A stretch of DNA of 64,000 nt from the NCBI RefSeq assembly GCF_003334765.1, contig NZ_QOWT01000001.1; one strand, given 5' to 3'. Every line of letters starts with the position of its first letter. The stretch's first letter is position 1. Positions 40,138-51,900 of this stretch are shown here, one piece after another. The DNA comes from Escherichia coli (GTDB lineage Bacteria > Pseudomonadota > Gammaproteobacteria > Enterobacterales > Enterobacteriaceae). Below the pieces are notes generated by a model. That model saw nothing but the letters and a program-made list of their open reading frames with translations. It was not told the DNA's origin and did no database searches. The position numbers were made by a program, and so were the translations under genes.

Positions 40138-40860
40138 ATGCAGGATACGGATTTTTTCAGCTGGCGTCGCACGATGCTGTTGCGTTTTCAGAGGATGGAG
40201 ACCGCAGAAGAGGTCTACCATGAAATTGAGCTTCAGGCTCAGCAGCTGGAGTACGATTACTATTCGTTATGTGTCCGCCACCCGGTACCATTCACTCGAC
40301 CTAAAGTGGCTTTCTACACCAATTACCCTGAGGCGTGGGTTAGTTATTATCAGGCAAAAAACTTTCTCGCAATTGATCCGGTGCTGAACCCTGAAAACTT
40401 TAGTCAGGGCCATCTAATGTGGAATGATGACTTATTCAACGAAGCACAGCCGTTATGGGAAGCCGCGCGCGCACATGGTTTACGCCGCGGTGTCACTCAG
40501 TATTTAATGCTGCCAAACCGGGCGCTGGGCTTTTTGTCCTTTTCCCGTTGCAGCGCGCGCGAAATACCCATTCTTAGTGATGAACTGCAATTAAAAATGC
40601 AGTTACTGGTGCGCGAAAGTCTGATGGCTCTGATGCGTTTAAATGATGAAATAGTGATGACGCCAGAGATGAATTTCAGCAAGCGCGAAAAAGAAATTTT
40701 GAAATGGACGGCGGAAGGGAAGACATCAGCAGAGATAGCGATGATTTTGTCAATCTCTGAGAATACGGTCAATTTCCATCAGAAAAACATGCAGAAAAAA
40801 ATCAATGCACCAAATAAGACCCAGGTGGCCTGTTACGCGGCCGCTACTGGCTTAATTTGA
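40138..40860 (+). CDS. sdiA: LuxR-family quorum-sensing regulator SdiA
   Basis: ORF track 40126..40860; start at ATG 40138 giving MQDTDFFSWRRTMLLRFQ... Confidence 0.9.
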   Translation: MQDTDFFSWRRTMLLRFQRMETAEEVYHEIELQAQQLEYDYYSLCVRHPVPFTRPKVAFYTNYPEAWVSYYQAKNFLAIDPVLNPENFSQGHLMWNDDLFNEAQPLWEAARAHGLRRGVTQYLMLPNRALGFLSFSRCSAREIPILSDELQLKMQLLVRESLMALMRLNDEIVMTPEMNFSKREKEILKWTAEGKTSAEIAMILSISENTVNFHQKNMQKKINAPNKTQVACYAAATGLI

Positions 40861-40889
40861 TCTCTTTTCTGTTCTGCGTGCCAGATGCA

Positions 40890-40925
40890 AAAACCGGCTG
40901 AAAGGCACGCTCTCAGCCGGTTTTA
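40890..40925. terminator. bidirectional terminator between sdiA and yecF
   Basis: aaaaccggctga...tcagccggtttt inverted repeat flanked by A/T runs on both sides. Confidence 0.6.
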
Positions 40926-40927
40926 TA

Positions 40928-41152
40928 TTACTGACGGTAGGCTTGTTTAATTTGCTTAACCGTTTTGGAAAATACTGCAGCCTGGGTTTCGTCTTCGATC
41001 AGCGCAAGCTGTTTTTCCATCTTTAACATCACGCGGCCCGCGTCAGCTTGTCCCATCGCCTGCAGCATCAGCGTCAGCATCGCTTTCAGGCAGGAGACTT
41101 CATTTGCCAGTTCTTGATTATTCTCGGCAGTAGAAAAATCAGGCGTACTCAT
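40928..41152 (-). CDS. yecF: small protein YecF
   Basis: 74 aa [22 protein letters not shown]... Confidence 0.8.
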
Positions 41153-41610
41153 TTATTTTCCTCGTCATGTTGCAATGAAAATTTGCGGTGAAAAATGTTA
41201 AGGCGGCGGAGTATACCATAAGCTTTGCTAAAAATAGCAGTGGTTGTTTTTTGAGCGTGATATCGGCAGTGCTATAAAATACGTTAATATAATGACCAAT
41301 AAATATTTTTATCATGAATGTTTTTTGCCCGTATTGTTCGGGTTAATTAATGTTACATATTCAGCGGGCTGATTTTCATTTTTGCTGAATAAAGGTAATT
41401 TTTGTCACATTTCGTCGCAGGGCTTACTGTGAAACGATCCGGTAAGCCGTTGGTGACGGGCGTGACCATAACTGTGGACAATCGAATTGACAAAAACGAG
41501 AGAAAAATCGAATACCCACCATTTTTAACGTTTCAAAGTTGCAATAAAAACCGCTAATATACGAATGACTAACTATCAGTAGCGTTATCCCTATTTCTGG
41601 AGATATTCCT

Positions 41611-42267
41611 TTGATCAACGTTCTACTTGTTGATGACCACGAACTGGTGCGCGCAGGGATACGACGCATTCTGGAAGATATAAAGGGTATTAAAGTCGTC
41701 GGTGAGGCATCGTGCGGTGAAGACGCCGTTAAGTGGTGCCGGACAAATGCCGTTGACGTGGTGCTAATGGACATGAGTATGCCGGGCATTGGCGGTCTTG
41801 AGGCGACGCGTAAAATCGCGCGTTCCACAGCTGATGTCAAAATCATCATGCTTACCGTCCATACAGAAAACCCTTTACCAGCTAAAGTCATGCAGGCCGG
41901 TGCTGCGGGCTACCTCAGCAAAGGCGCGGCTCCGCAGGAAGTCGTGAGTGCGATTCGTTCTGTCTATTCAGGGCAGCGTTACATTGCTTCTGACATCGCT
42001 CAACAAATGGCGTTAAGCCAGATCGAACCAGAAAAAACAGAAAGCCCATTTGCCAGTTTGTCTGAACGTGAATTGCAGATTATGCTGATGATCACCAAGG
42101 GCCAGAAGGTCAATGAGATCTCAGAACAGCTCAATCTCAGTCCGAAAACGGTGAACAGCTACCGCTATCGTATGTTCAGTAAACTAAACATTCATGGCGA
42201 TGTTGAGCTGACTCACCTGGCAATTCGCCATGGTCTGTGTAATGCGGAGACATTATCAAGTCAGTGA
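41611..42267 (+). CDS. uvrY: response regulator UvrY (BarA/UvrY two-component system)
   Basis: 218 aa ORF with receiver domain and LuxR HTH; TTG start. Confidence 0.9.
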
Positions 42268-44096
42268 GTGATCAGTTTGACGCAAAAGCGTTTTTAAAAA
42301 CCGTAACCAGCCAGCCAGGCGTTTATCGCATGTACGATGCTGGTGGTACGGTTATCTATGTCGGCAAAGCGAAAGACCTGAAAAAACGGCTTTCCAGCTA
42401 TTTCCGTAGCAACCTCGCTTCGCGCAAAACCGAAGCGCTGGTCGCCCAGATTCAGCAAATTGATGTAACGGTTACTCATACAGAAACCGAAGCGCTGTTG
42501 CTGGAACACAACTACATCAAACTCTATCAGCCGCGTTACAACGTTTTGCTACGCGATGATAAATCTTATCCTTTTATCTTCCTGAGTGGCGATACCCACC
42601 CGCGTCTGGCGATGCATCGTGGTGCGAAGCATGCCAAAGGTGAATATTTCGGCCCGTTCCCGAATGGCTATGCCGTACGTGAAACTCTGGCGCTACTGCA
42701 AAAGATTTTCCCCATTCGCCAGTGCGAAAATAGTGTTTATCGCAATCGCTCGCGTCCGTGTCTGCAATATCAGATAGGGCGCTGTCTGGGACCGTGCGTT
42801 GAAGGACTGGTGAGTGAAGAAGAATACGCTCAGCAGGTCGAGTATGTGCGCCTGTTTTTGTCTGGCAAAGATGATCAGGTGCTTACGCAACTCATTAGCC
42901 GTATGGAAACTGCCAGTCAGAATCTGGAGTTTGAAGAAGCGGCACGTATTCGCGACCAAATTCAGGCGGTGCGACGCGTCACCGAAAAACAATTCGTTTC
43001 CAATACCGGCGACGACCTTGACGTTATTGGTGTGGCGTTCGATGCGGGCATGGCTTGTGTCCACGTATTGTTCATTCGTCAGGGCAAAGTGCTCGGCAGC
43101 CGCAGCTATTTCCCGAAAGTGCCTGGCGGTACGGAACTGAGCGAGGTGGTAGAAACCTTCGTAGGTCAGTTCTATTTACAAGGCAGCCAGATGCGCACCT
43201 TACCGGGTGAGATCCTGCTCGATTTTAATCTTAGCGATAAAACGCTGCTCGCCGATTCCCTTTCAGAACTGGCGGGACGCAAGATTAATGTTCAAACCAA
43301 ACCTCGCGGCGATAGGGCGCGTTATCTGAAACTCGCGCGCACCAATGCGGCGACGGCCTTAACCAGCAAACTTTCGCAGCAATCTACCGTTCACCAGCGG
43401 CTGACCGCGCTTGCCAGCGTGTTGAAATTGCCGGAAGTGAAGCGGATGGAGTGCTTTGACATCAGCCATACCATGGGCGAACAAACCGTCGCTTCCTGTG
43501 TGGTGTTTGATGCTAACGGCCCGCTGCGTGCGGAGTATCGGCGCTATAACATTACAGGCATCACGCCGGGCGATGATTATGCGGCGATGAATCAGGTGCT
43601 GCGTCGGCGTTATGGTAAAGCCATTGACGACAGTAAGATCCCGGATGTGATCCTTATCGACGGCGGCAAAGGCCAGCTTGCGCAGGCGAAAAATGTCTTC
43701 GCCGAACTGGATGTCTCATGGGATAAAAATCATCCGCTGCTACTTGGCGTTGCCAAAGGTGCAGATCGTAAGGCTGGACTGGAAACGCTGTTCTTTGAGC
43801 CGGAAGGTGAGGGATTTAGTTTGCCGCCAGATTCACCCGCGCTGCATGTTATCCAGCATATTCGCGATGAATCACATGATCACGCGATTGGCGGGCACCG
43901 TAAAAAACGGGCGAAAGTCAAAAATACCAGTTCCCTGGAAACCATTGAAGGCGTCGGGCCAAAACGTCGGCAAATGTTGTTGAAATATATGGGCGGTTTG
44001 CAAGGTTTACGTAACGCCAGCGTCGAGGAAATTGCAAAAGTGCCGGGTATTTCGCAAGGTCTGGCAGAAAAGATCTTCTGGTCGTTGAAACATTGA
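42264..44096 (+). CDS. uvrC: excinuclease ABC subunit C UvrC
   Basis: 610 aa ORF overlapping the uvrY stop; GIY-YIG N-terminus. Confidence 0.93.
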
Positions 44097-44152
44097 TGTC
44101 TCTGTAGCAACATAGGGGTAATCTTACTGACAACAGATAGTTACCCGTCATT

Positions 44153-44701
44153 ATGCAATTTAATATCCCTACGTTGCTTACACTGTTCCGTGTCATCCTT
44201 ATCCCATTCTTTGTATTGGTCTTTTATCTGCCTGTCACCTGGTCGCCGTTTGCCGCCGCGCTCATTTTCTGCGTCGCGGCGGTGACTGACTGGTTCGATG
44301 GTTTTCTGGCACGCCGCTGGAACCAGAGTACCCGGTTTGGTGCTTTCCTTGACCCTGTAGCAGATAAAGTTCTCGTGGCTATCGCCATGGTGCTGGTAAC
44401 CGAGCATTATCACAGCTGGTGGGTGACCCTACCGGCGGCAACGATGATCGCCCGTGAAATTATTATTTCTGCGCTACGCGAATGGATGGCGGAGTTGGGT
44501 AAACGCAGTAGCGTGGCTGTCTCCTGGATTGGGAAAGTGAAAACCACTGCCCAGATGGTGGCGTTGGCCTGGCTGCTGTGGCGTCCGAACATTTGGGTTG
44601 AGTACGCCGGTATTGCACTTTTCTTTGTGGCTGCGGTACTGACTCTGTGGTCAATGTTGCAATATTTGAGCGCTGCGCGTGCAGATTTGCTTGATCAGTG
44701 A
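44153..44701 (+). CDS. pgsA: CDP-diacylglycerol--glycerol-3-phosphate 3-phosphatidyltransferase PgsA
   Basis: 182 aa membrane ORF. Confidence 0.9.
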
Positions 44702-44852
44702 TCGTTTCGGCGCAATTTTCAGCAAACGATCAAAAGTGGTGAAAAATATCGTTGACTCATCGCGCCAGGTAAGTAGAATGCAACGCATCGAACGGCGGCA
44801 CTGATTGCCAGACGATAATAAAATCAAGTGATTAACTGATTGCTTGATGAAT

Positions 44853-44928
<76 letters not shown>

Positions 44929-44982
44929 GTTTAAAAGACATCGGCCTCAAGCGGATGTCTGGCTGAAAGGCCTGAAGAATTT

Positions 44983-45056
44983 GGCGCGTTAACAAAGCGG
45001 TTATGTAGCGGATTGCAAATCCGTCTAGTCCGGTTCGACTCCGGAACGCGCCTCCA
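44983..45056 (+). tRNA. cysT: tRNA-Cys (anticodon GCA)
   Basis: ggcgcgttaacaaagcggttatgtagcggattgcaaatccg...cgcgcctcca. Confidence 0.9.
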
Positions 45057-45068
45057 CTTTCTTCCCGA

Positions 45069-45155
45069 GCCCGGATGGTGGAATCGGTAGACACAAGGGA
45101 TTTAAAATCCCTCGGCGTTCGCGCTGTGCGGGTTCAAGTCCCGCTCCGGGTACCA
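45069..45155 (+). tRNA. leuZ: tRNA-Leu (anticodon TAA, long variable arm)
   Basis: gcccggatggtggaatcggtagacacaagggatttaaaatccc...gggttcaagtcccgctccgggtacca. Confidence 0.9.
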
Positions 45156-45198
45156 TGGGAAAGATAAGAATAAAATCAAAGCAATAAGCAGTGTCGTG

Positions 45199-45222
45199 AA
45201 ACCACCTTCGGGTGGTTTTTTT
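45199..45222 (+). terminator. terminator downstream of the tRNA cluster
   Basis: aaaccaccttcgggtggttttttt hairpin plus T-run. Confidence 0.7.
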
Positions 45223-45350
45223 GTGCCTGCAACTTGTCGTTACACCCTCCTTAATTTTTAATCACCGGCAAAGCCACTCAAAAAGTATCTCTGATACGGA
45301 CCGGCATGTAAGATAGGTGCTGGCGAGTTGAGATCCACAAGGAAAAGCGT

Positions 45351-46016
45351 ATGAAAACGGGACCGTTAAACGAAAGTGAGTTGGAATGGCTGGACGATAT
45401 TCTGACCAAATACAACACTGACCACGCCATCCTTGATGTGGCGGAGCTGGACGGTTTATTGACGGCGGTGTTGAGTTCTCCGCAAGAGATTGAACCGGAA
45501 CAGTGGCTGGTTGCCGTGTGGGGTGGGGCTGACTATGTGCCGCGCTGGGCGTCAGAGAAAGAGATGACGCGCTTTATGAATCTGGCTTTTCAACATATGG
45601 CCGATACCGCAGAGCGTCTTAACGAATTCCCGGAGCAGTTTGAGCCGTTATTCGGCTTGCGAGAAGTTGATGGCAGCGAGCTGACGATTGTTGAGGAGTG
45701 GTGCTTTGGCTATATGCGGGGCGTGGCACTTTCTGACTGGTCAACGTTGCCCGATTCGTTAAAACCAGCGCTGGAGGCGATTGCGCTGCACGGTACTGAG
45801 GAAAACTTCGAGCGGGTAGAGAAAATGTCGCCAGAAGCGTTTGAAGAGAGCGTAGATGCCATTCGACTGGCGGCGCTTGATCTACATGCGTACTGGATGG
45901 CGCATCCGCAGGAAAAAGCTGTTCAGCAACCGATCAAAGCAGAAGAGAAACCGGGGCGTAACGATCCTTGCCCGTGCGGTAGTGGTAAGAAATTTAAGCA
46001 GTGCTGCCTGCATTAA
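45351..46016 (+). CDS. yecA: UPF0149-family protein YecA with C-terminal SEC-C metal-binding motif
   Basis: 221 aa ORF ending ...[15 protein letters not shown]. Confidence 0.85.
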   Translation: MKTGPLNESELEWLDDILTKYNTDHAILDVAELDGLLTAVLSSPQEIEPEQWLVAVWGGADYVPRWASEKEMTRFMNLAFQHMADTAERLNEFPEQFEPLFGLREVDGSELTIVEEWCFGYMRGVALSDWSTLPDSLKPALEAIALHGTEENFERVEKMSPEAFEESVDAIRLAALDLHAYWMAHPQEKAVQQPIKAEEKPGRNDPCPCGSGKKFKQCCLH

Positions 46017-46077
46017 GAGGTCAAATTGGGTGTCAGCGTTAATTCTGGCACCCAATAAGGAATTTGAGGCTATCTGA

Positions 46078-47289
46078 TCACCCCACTTCTGGTAACAACC
46101 CTGCCGCAATCAAAAATTGCACGCCAATCACAGCAATACCACAGAGAAACACCACCACCAGCGCCGGACGACCACCTTTCACCCGGTAACCCGCCTGAGG
46201 ATTGTGCTTTCTGCTTTGCCAGGTCAACAGCGAAGGGATAATCAATGCCAGTACCGCCAGCGCCACACCGGCGTAACCCAGCGCCATCACAAATCCTCGT
46301 GGATAAAACAGTGCAAACGCCAACGGCGGCAGAAAGGTAATTGCACCAGTTTGCAACCGTCCACCAACGGTATTTGAACGCTGAAATAAATCAGCCAGAT
46401 AATCAAATAAGCCTAACGCAACGCCGAGAAATGACGTGGCGAGGGCTAAATCAGCAAATAAATGCACTGCCAGCTCAACATGCGGAGAGGCCACCATTTC
46501 GCGTAACGCCTGTAACAGCCCGTTTAATCCAGCATGATTAGCCAGCAATCCCATAAAGGTTGTTGAATCAATGCTGCCAAGCGTTGCCACCTGCCAGAAA
46601 ATATATGCCACCAGGGGGATCGCACTACCGGTTATAAACACCCAGCGTAGCTTACGAACGTTGCCATCCATATAGCTGACAATACTCGGCACGCTACCGT
46701 GAAAACCAAATGAGGTAAAAATCACCGGGATTGCTGACAGAGCCAGCCCCTGTTGCAACGGCAGGGTTAAAAGATTCACTTTGTGAATATGCGGTAGCAG
46801 CAATACCAGCATCACCACCAGAAAAATAATTTTGGCGCTGAACAGAAAACGGTTAAATAAATCGACCAGCGATGTCCCGACACAAACCACGCCACCGGCA
46901 ACAAAAGTGAACAACAGCACGCCAGCGGTTGCCGACATTGAAATACCTGTCCAGTCGCTGATGCTGGAGGCCAACAATTCACCGGCACCGCTGATGTATG
47001 CCGCAGTCAGAGCATACATTAAGAACATCATACTGAAGCCCGTCAGCCATTGACCGTAGCGTCCCAGATAGCGTTTTGCCAGCGTGCCCAGACCGGTATC
47101 TGCCGGAACATGCTGGTACACCTCCAGCAGTAATAGCGCCGTGTAGCACATCAACGCCCAAAGCCCAATCAACAAGATTAACGTAACGCTAAAACCAACA
47201 CCGGCCGCAGCCAGCGGCATTGCCAGCATGCCTGCGCCAATTGTGGTTCCCGCCACGATAAAAACACTTCCCAGGGTTCTGTTTTTCAC
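46078..47289 (-). CDS. tyrP: tyrosine-specific permease TyrP
   Basis: 403 aa polytopic membrane ORF. Confidence 0.9.
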   Translation of the reverse strand: MKNRTLGSVFIVAGTTIGAGMLAMPLAAAGVGFSVTLILLIGLWALMCYTALLLLEVYQHVPADTGLGTLAKRYLGRYGQWLTGFSMMFLMYALTAAYISGAGELLASSISDWTGISMSATAGVLLFTFVAGGVVCVGTSLVDLFNRFLFSAKIIFLVVMLVLLLPHIHKVNLLTLPLQQGLALSAIPVIFTSFGFHGSVPSIVSYMDGNVRKLRWVFITGSAIPLVAYIFWQVATLGSIDSTTFMGLLANHAGLNGLLQALREMVASPHVELAVHLFADLALATSFLGVALGLFDYLADLFQRSNTVGGRLQTGAITFLPPLAFALFYPRGFVMALGYAGVALAVLALIIPSLLTWQSRKHNPQAGYRVKGGRPALVVVFLCGIAVIGVQFLIAAGLLPEVG

Positions 47290-47380
47290 GCTTTCTTCTG
47301 TCCTGACGATCTTTATGAGTGATATCTGCGGCGCAGGTTAAGGCATAACGGCTGCTTCGTCAAACCGACGTTACATATGG

Positions 47381-47398
47381 TGTAAATATAAATGTACA
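47381..47398. promoter_or_regulatory. TyrR box upstream of tyrP
   Basis: tgtaaatataaatgtaca matches TGTAAA-N6-TTTACA, about 90-110 bp upstream of the tyrP start. Confidence 0.55.
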
Positions 47399-47479
47399 AT
47401 AAAAAGCATTCAGTCCTGCGCTGGCGCAAAGTCTTCATAAGCGGCAATCGCTACGCTAGGCTTTTTTTGAGGAGGGACG

Positions 47480-47719
47480 ATGGACTCTATTCACGGTCAT
47501 GAAGTGTTAAATATGATGATTGAATCAGGCGAGCAATATACGCATGCCAGTCTGGAAGCTGCGATTAAAGCGCGTTTTGGTGAACAGGCACGTTTTCACA
47601 CCTGCTCGGCAGAAGGGATGACAGCGGGAGAGCTGGTAGCGTTTCTGGCAGCAAAAGGCAAATTTATACCTTCGAAAGACGGTTTTTCGACCGATCAGAG
47701 TAAGATTTGCCGTCACTGA
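47480..47719 (+). CDS. yecH: small protein YecH
   Basis: 79 aa ORF MDSIHGHEVLNMMIESGEQYTHASLEAAIKARFGE... Confidence 0.8.
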   Translation: MDSIHGHEVLNMMIESGEQYTHASLEAAIKARFGEQARFHTCSAEGMTAGELVAFLAAKGKFIPSKDGFSTDQSKICRH

Positions 47720-47756
47720 TTTGAAACGGCGGCAGTAAACCTGCCGCCGGAGAGCA

Positions 47757-48254
47757 TTAGTTTTGTGTGTCGAGGGTAGAGAGTTCTTTGTCGATAAAAT
47801 ACAGACCTTCGCCGCTTTTGCCTGCCAGGCTTAATTTATCAATAATCGATTTGAACAGTTTCTCTTCTTCATGCTGCTCAGAAACATACCATTGCAGGAA
47901 ATTAAATGTTGGGTAGTCCTGATTGGTCATTGCAGCATGAGCCAGTTCGTTAATTTTCTGGGTGATTAATTGTTCGTGTTTATAGGTTTCCTGGAATAAT
48001 TCATCAAGTGAGGAATATTCAGCAAACGGAGATTCAACGGTATTAATACGCGGTAAATTGCCGGTATCAGTCAGGTAATCAAACAGACGCTGCATATGCG
48101 TCATCTCTTCCTGGGCGTGACGGCGCAGGAACGCGGCAGCACCTTCGAAGGTATGATAGCTGCACCAGGCGCTCATTTGCTGATAAAGCAGTGAAGAGTA
48201 CAGTTCCAGGTTCATCTGCTCATTAAGTTTTTCAATCATTTCTGGTTTCAGCAT
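47757..48254 (-). CDS. ftnA: ferritin FtnA
   Basis: ORF track 47757..48269; start at ATG 48252-48254 giving [21 protein letters not shown]... Confidence 0.9.
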
Positions 48255-48424
48255 GATAGTGCTCCACAAAGGTTATATTTGTTGCTGTGGCGTCACTATA
48301 ATTTGTTATTTTATTATTTGCAAAAGGTAAAATATAAACTTCAATTATTAAAAATACGAATGGGAATAAAACGCATTACCGCTATTTATTTAATCAGCGA
48401 AGATCCCCTCGCTGATTAAAATAT

Positions 48425-48748
48425 TTAGAGAAAGACAGGGAAGGCGGAATGATGGCACTGATATGACAAAGTGAATTCCGTATTCAAACATAAGGAACCC
48501 GCAAAAAGGCTACAGTTGCCTACTGGCTGACCAAAGGGGATCGCGTGGGTATAGCCTTCCTGCTGGCATGCGCGATCGGCGATCCCGCGACTGACATAAC
48601 GATCGGTATGGGCATGCTGCAAAAAAGCCTGGTCATAAACCAACCGTACAATACCTGTTGCCGCGTCAACTTCGCTCACATGGGCTTGGCGAGTAACCGT
48701 ACACCCCGCCAGCGTTATTAATGAAAGAGTCAGAATCAGAAGTCTCAT
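48425..48748 (-). CDS. yecR: lipoprotein YecR
   Basis: 107 aa ORF with lipobox LAGC. Confidence 0.85.
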   Translation of the reverse strand: MRLLILTLSLITLAGCTVTRQAHVSEVDAATGIVRLVYDQAFLQHAHTDRYVSRGIADRACQQEGYTHAIPFGQPVGNCSLFAGSLCLNTEFTLSYQCHHSAFPVFL

Positions 48749-49010
48749 GGTCCAGCCAGAAGAGTAAGAGAAAGCACTATTTTACGCGTTACAGCGCTGC
48801 GACAATGGCCGGAAAAGACGCCTGGCAGGCGCTATTTCTTGCCATCTGTAGGTGTCAGAAATAGGGGGGCTGTTTTTTGATTATCATTTTTATAACATTA
48901 AAGGGGGATTTATGTGATTTGTATCACATAAAGATTGATTTTTGTGATGGTTGTCATATTATAAGCGCAAAGACAATAACACCTGTATAACAAATGGTCG
49001 GAGTGCCGCG

Positions 49011-49097
49011 ATGAAACTGCGCAAAATCCTGAAAAGTATGTTCAATAACTATTGCAAGACGTTCAAAGACGTACCGCCAGGCAATATGTTCCGATAA
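49011..49097 (+). CDS. azuC: small membrane protein AzuC (28 aa)
   Basis: ATG 49011 to TAA 49095-49097 encodes MKLRKILKSMFNNYCKTFKDVPPGNMFR; followed by terminator hairpin; too small for the ORF track. Confidence 0.75.
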   Translation: MKLRKILKSMFNNYCKTFKDVPPGNMFR

Positions 49098-49102
49098 CAA
49101 AA

Positions 49103-49126
49103 AACCTGCTCCGGCAGGTTTTTTTG
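49103..49126 (+). terminator. terminator after azuC
   Basis: aacctgctccggcaggttttttt. Confidence 0.7.
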
Positions 49127-49211
49127 TGTCCTGATGACGGTGGATGTGACTATCGCTGAAGATGTGAAGCCGCTACTATAACGGCTTTCAAAATGCTATC
49201 AGGAGTTTACG

Positions 49212-49463
49212 ATGTCCCAGCCGCTGAATGCCGATCAGGAACTGGTTTCTGATGTGGTTGCTTGCCAGTTGGTTATCAAACAAATTCTGGATGTTCTCGA
49301 TGTAATCGCGCCCGTTGAAGTTCGTGAAAAAATGTCCAGTCAGCTGAAGAATATCGACTTTACTAACCATCCCGCCGCCGCAGACCCGGTCACCATGCGG
49401 GCAATCCAAAAAGCCATCGCGCTTATTGAACTCAAGTTTACCCCACAGGGTGAATCCCATTAA
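49212..49463 (+). CDS. yecJ: DUF2766 protein YecJ
   Basis: 83 aa [27 protein letters not shown]... Confidence 0.8.
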
Positions 49464-49500
49464 AAAAACCGCTGCTTCAAACAGATGAGGCAGCGGTTTC
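49462..49500. terminator. bidirectional terminator between yecJ and ftnB
   Basis: aaaaaaaccgctgc...gcagcggtttc inverted repeat with A-run upstream and T-run downstream. Confidence 0.6.
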
Positions 49501-49541
49501 TCAAAACCTTCATCGGCGCAATGCATTAGCGCCGATGATGA

Positions 49542-50045
49542 TCAATGCAGCTGGTGTGACACGACATTCAGAACATGTTGGTCGGTCTGCACAGGGCACA
49601 TACCCGCAAGTTTCGCACTGCGCACTTCATCAAGAATGGTTTGCAGCAACAGACCATCATGCTGCTGTTCTTTTTCCAGATCGCGCAGGAAATTGACGGT
49701 TGAATCATCATTCAGTTCTTTCGCTTCATCGGCTAACTGTGCCAACGTACTAGAACGTTGCTCGTATTCTTCCATCGTTTTTTGGAACAGTTCTTCCAGA
49801 GAGTTCAGTTTTTCACCGGGAACATCAATGGCTTTAACGATGGGGGTAGCGCCGACACTCTTCATAAAGTTAAACATGCGCATCATTTGGGTCACATTAC
49901 TCTGTGCCTGGGCGCGAAGGAAAGTGGCGGTGCCGTTCAGACTCTGTTCAGAACACCAGTTACTCAGGTGAAGGTAGAGATTGGATGCGTAAAACTCGCG
50001 GTTCATTTGAGAGTTGAGTTTGAGAAGCATTCCAGCGGTTGCCAT
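49542..50045 (-). CDS. ftnB: ferritin-like protein FtnB
   Basis: 167 aa [33 protein letters not shown]... Confidence 0.88.
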   Translation of the reverse strand: MATAGMLLKLNSQMNREFYASNLYLHLSNWCSEQSLNGTATFLRAQAQSNVTQMMRMFNFMKSVGATPIVKAIDVPGEKLNSLEELFQKTMEEYEQRSSTLAQLADEAKELNDDSTVNFLRDLEKEQQHDGLLLQTILDEVRSAKLAGMCPVQTDQHVLNVVSHQLH

Positions 50046-50841
50046 ACCTAATATCCTTATATCCAGAAGTGGAGAGGTGCAAGATAAATCAAAACACCAT
50101 AATTACTGTTTGCAGAATAATTCCTTTCTGTCGGTCCGAAATGTGATCGTGGAGTCAATTCTGACGATGATCAGAAATAAGAATAACGTCTGAACGGGTA
50201 TAAGAAAATGCTTAAATCATCAAGTTTATATATTTTTACATTTCATTGATGAAATCAATGTAACTGCAATGAATTTTAATGATAGTGCTTTTTGTATCTT
50301 GTTGATATTAATCAATGAATTTGAATTCATGATGAAGTGATGATTTTATAAAACGTTTTTTCATTTTTGCGAGATGGCTCTCATTATACGTGTTCTGTTA
50401 ATTAATGAGCACAGTGATAATTAATGGCGAAATGAATGACGTGCATTTTCCACATCTTTGAGTTGCGGTTATTACACCATTTCAAAAACTCAACGCCAGG
50501 TAATGCGGCCTATTGACTGGTTAAAAAGAAGACATCCCGCATGGGTACCAAAGACAACAAGGATTTCCAGGCTAATCTTATGGATTAATCTGCTGTGCAT
50601 TCGACAATTTGTCTGACAAATTGGCTTTCCCTTATGTCTTTTCCCGCTAAATTTATGCACGTTCTCACTGTAATTCTGCGATGTGATATTGCTCTCCTAT
50701 GGAGAATTAATTTCTCGCTAAAACTATGTCAACACGGTCACTTATCTTTTAGATAAAAGGTAATGCTTTGTTTTCCGATTAATTTAACGAAAGTCATTCG
50801 TTTTTGCCCTACACAAAACGACACTAAAGCTGGAGAGAACC

Positions 50842-51831
50842 ATGCACAAATTTACTAAAGCCCTGGCAGCCATTGGTCTGGCAGCCGTTATGTCACAATC
50901 CGCTATGGCGGAGAACCTGAAGCTCGGTTTTCTGGTGAAGCAACCGGAAGAGCCGTGGTTCCAGACCGAATGGAAGTTTGCCGATAAAGCCGGGAAGGAT
51001 TTAGGGTTTGAGGTTATTAAGATTGCCGTGCCGGATGGCGAAAAAACATTGAACGCGATCGACAGCCTGGCTGCCAGTGGCGCAAAAGGTTTCGTTATTT
51101 GTACTCCGGACCCCAAACTCGGCTCTGCCATCGTCGCGAAAGCGCGTGGCTACGATATGAAAGTCATTGCCGTGGATGACCAGTTTGTTAACGCCAAAGG
51201 TAAGCCAATGGATACCGTTCCGCTGGTGATGATGGCGGCGACTAAAATTGGCGAACGTCAGGGTCAGGAACTGTATAAAGAGATGCAGAAACGTGGCTGG
51301 GATGTCAAAGAAAGCGCGGTGATGGCGATTACCGCCAACGAACTGGATACGGCACGTCGCCGTACAACGGGTTCTATGGATGCGCTGAAAGCGGCCGGAT
51401 TCCCGGAAAAACAAATTTATCAGGTACCTACCAAATCTAACGACATCCCGGGGGCATTTGACGCTGCCAACTCAATGCTGGTTCAACATCCGGAAGTTAA
51501 ACATTGGCTGATCGTCGGTATGAACGACAGCACCGTGCTGGGCGGCGTACGCGCGACGGAAGGTCAGGGCTTTAAAGCTGCCGATATCATCGGCATTGGC
51601 ATTAACGGTGTGGATGCGGTGAGCGAACTGTCTAAAGCACAGGCAACCGGCTTCTACGGTTCCCTGCTGCCAAGCCCGGACGTACATGGCTATAAATCCA
51701 GCGAAATGCTTTACAACTGGGTAGCAAAAGACGTTGAACCGCCAAAATTTACCGAAGTTACCGACGTGGTGCTGATCACGCGTGACAACTTTAAAGAAGA
51801 ACTGGAGAAAAAAGGTTTAGGCGGTAAGTAA
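50842..51831 (+). CDS. araF: periplasmic L-arabinose-binding protein AraF
   Basis: 329 aa ORF with signal peptide. Confidence 0.92.
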   Translation: MHKFTKALAAIGLAAVMSQSAMAENLKLGFLVKQPEEPWFQTEWKFADKAGKDLGFEVIKIAVPDGEKTLNAIDSLAASGAKGFVICTPDPKLGSAIVAKARGYDMKVIAVDDQFVNAKGKPMDTVPLVMMAATKIGERQGQELYKEMQKRGWDVKESAVMAITANELDTARRRTTGSMDALKAAGFPEKQIYQVPTKSNDIPGAFDAANSMLVQHPEVKHWLIVGMNDSTVLGGVRATEGQGFKAADIIGIGINGVDAVSELSKAQATGFYGSLLPSPDVHGYKSSEMLYNWVAKDVEPPKFTEVTDVVLITRDNFKEELEKKGLGGK

Positions 51832-51900
51832 TTTGCCGGAAAAATTCCCCTCTGCATGATGCAGAGGGGGTGTGAACGACCAGTGATTCACGGAGACGTT

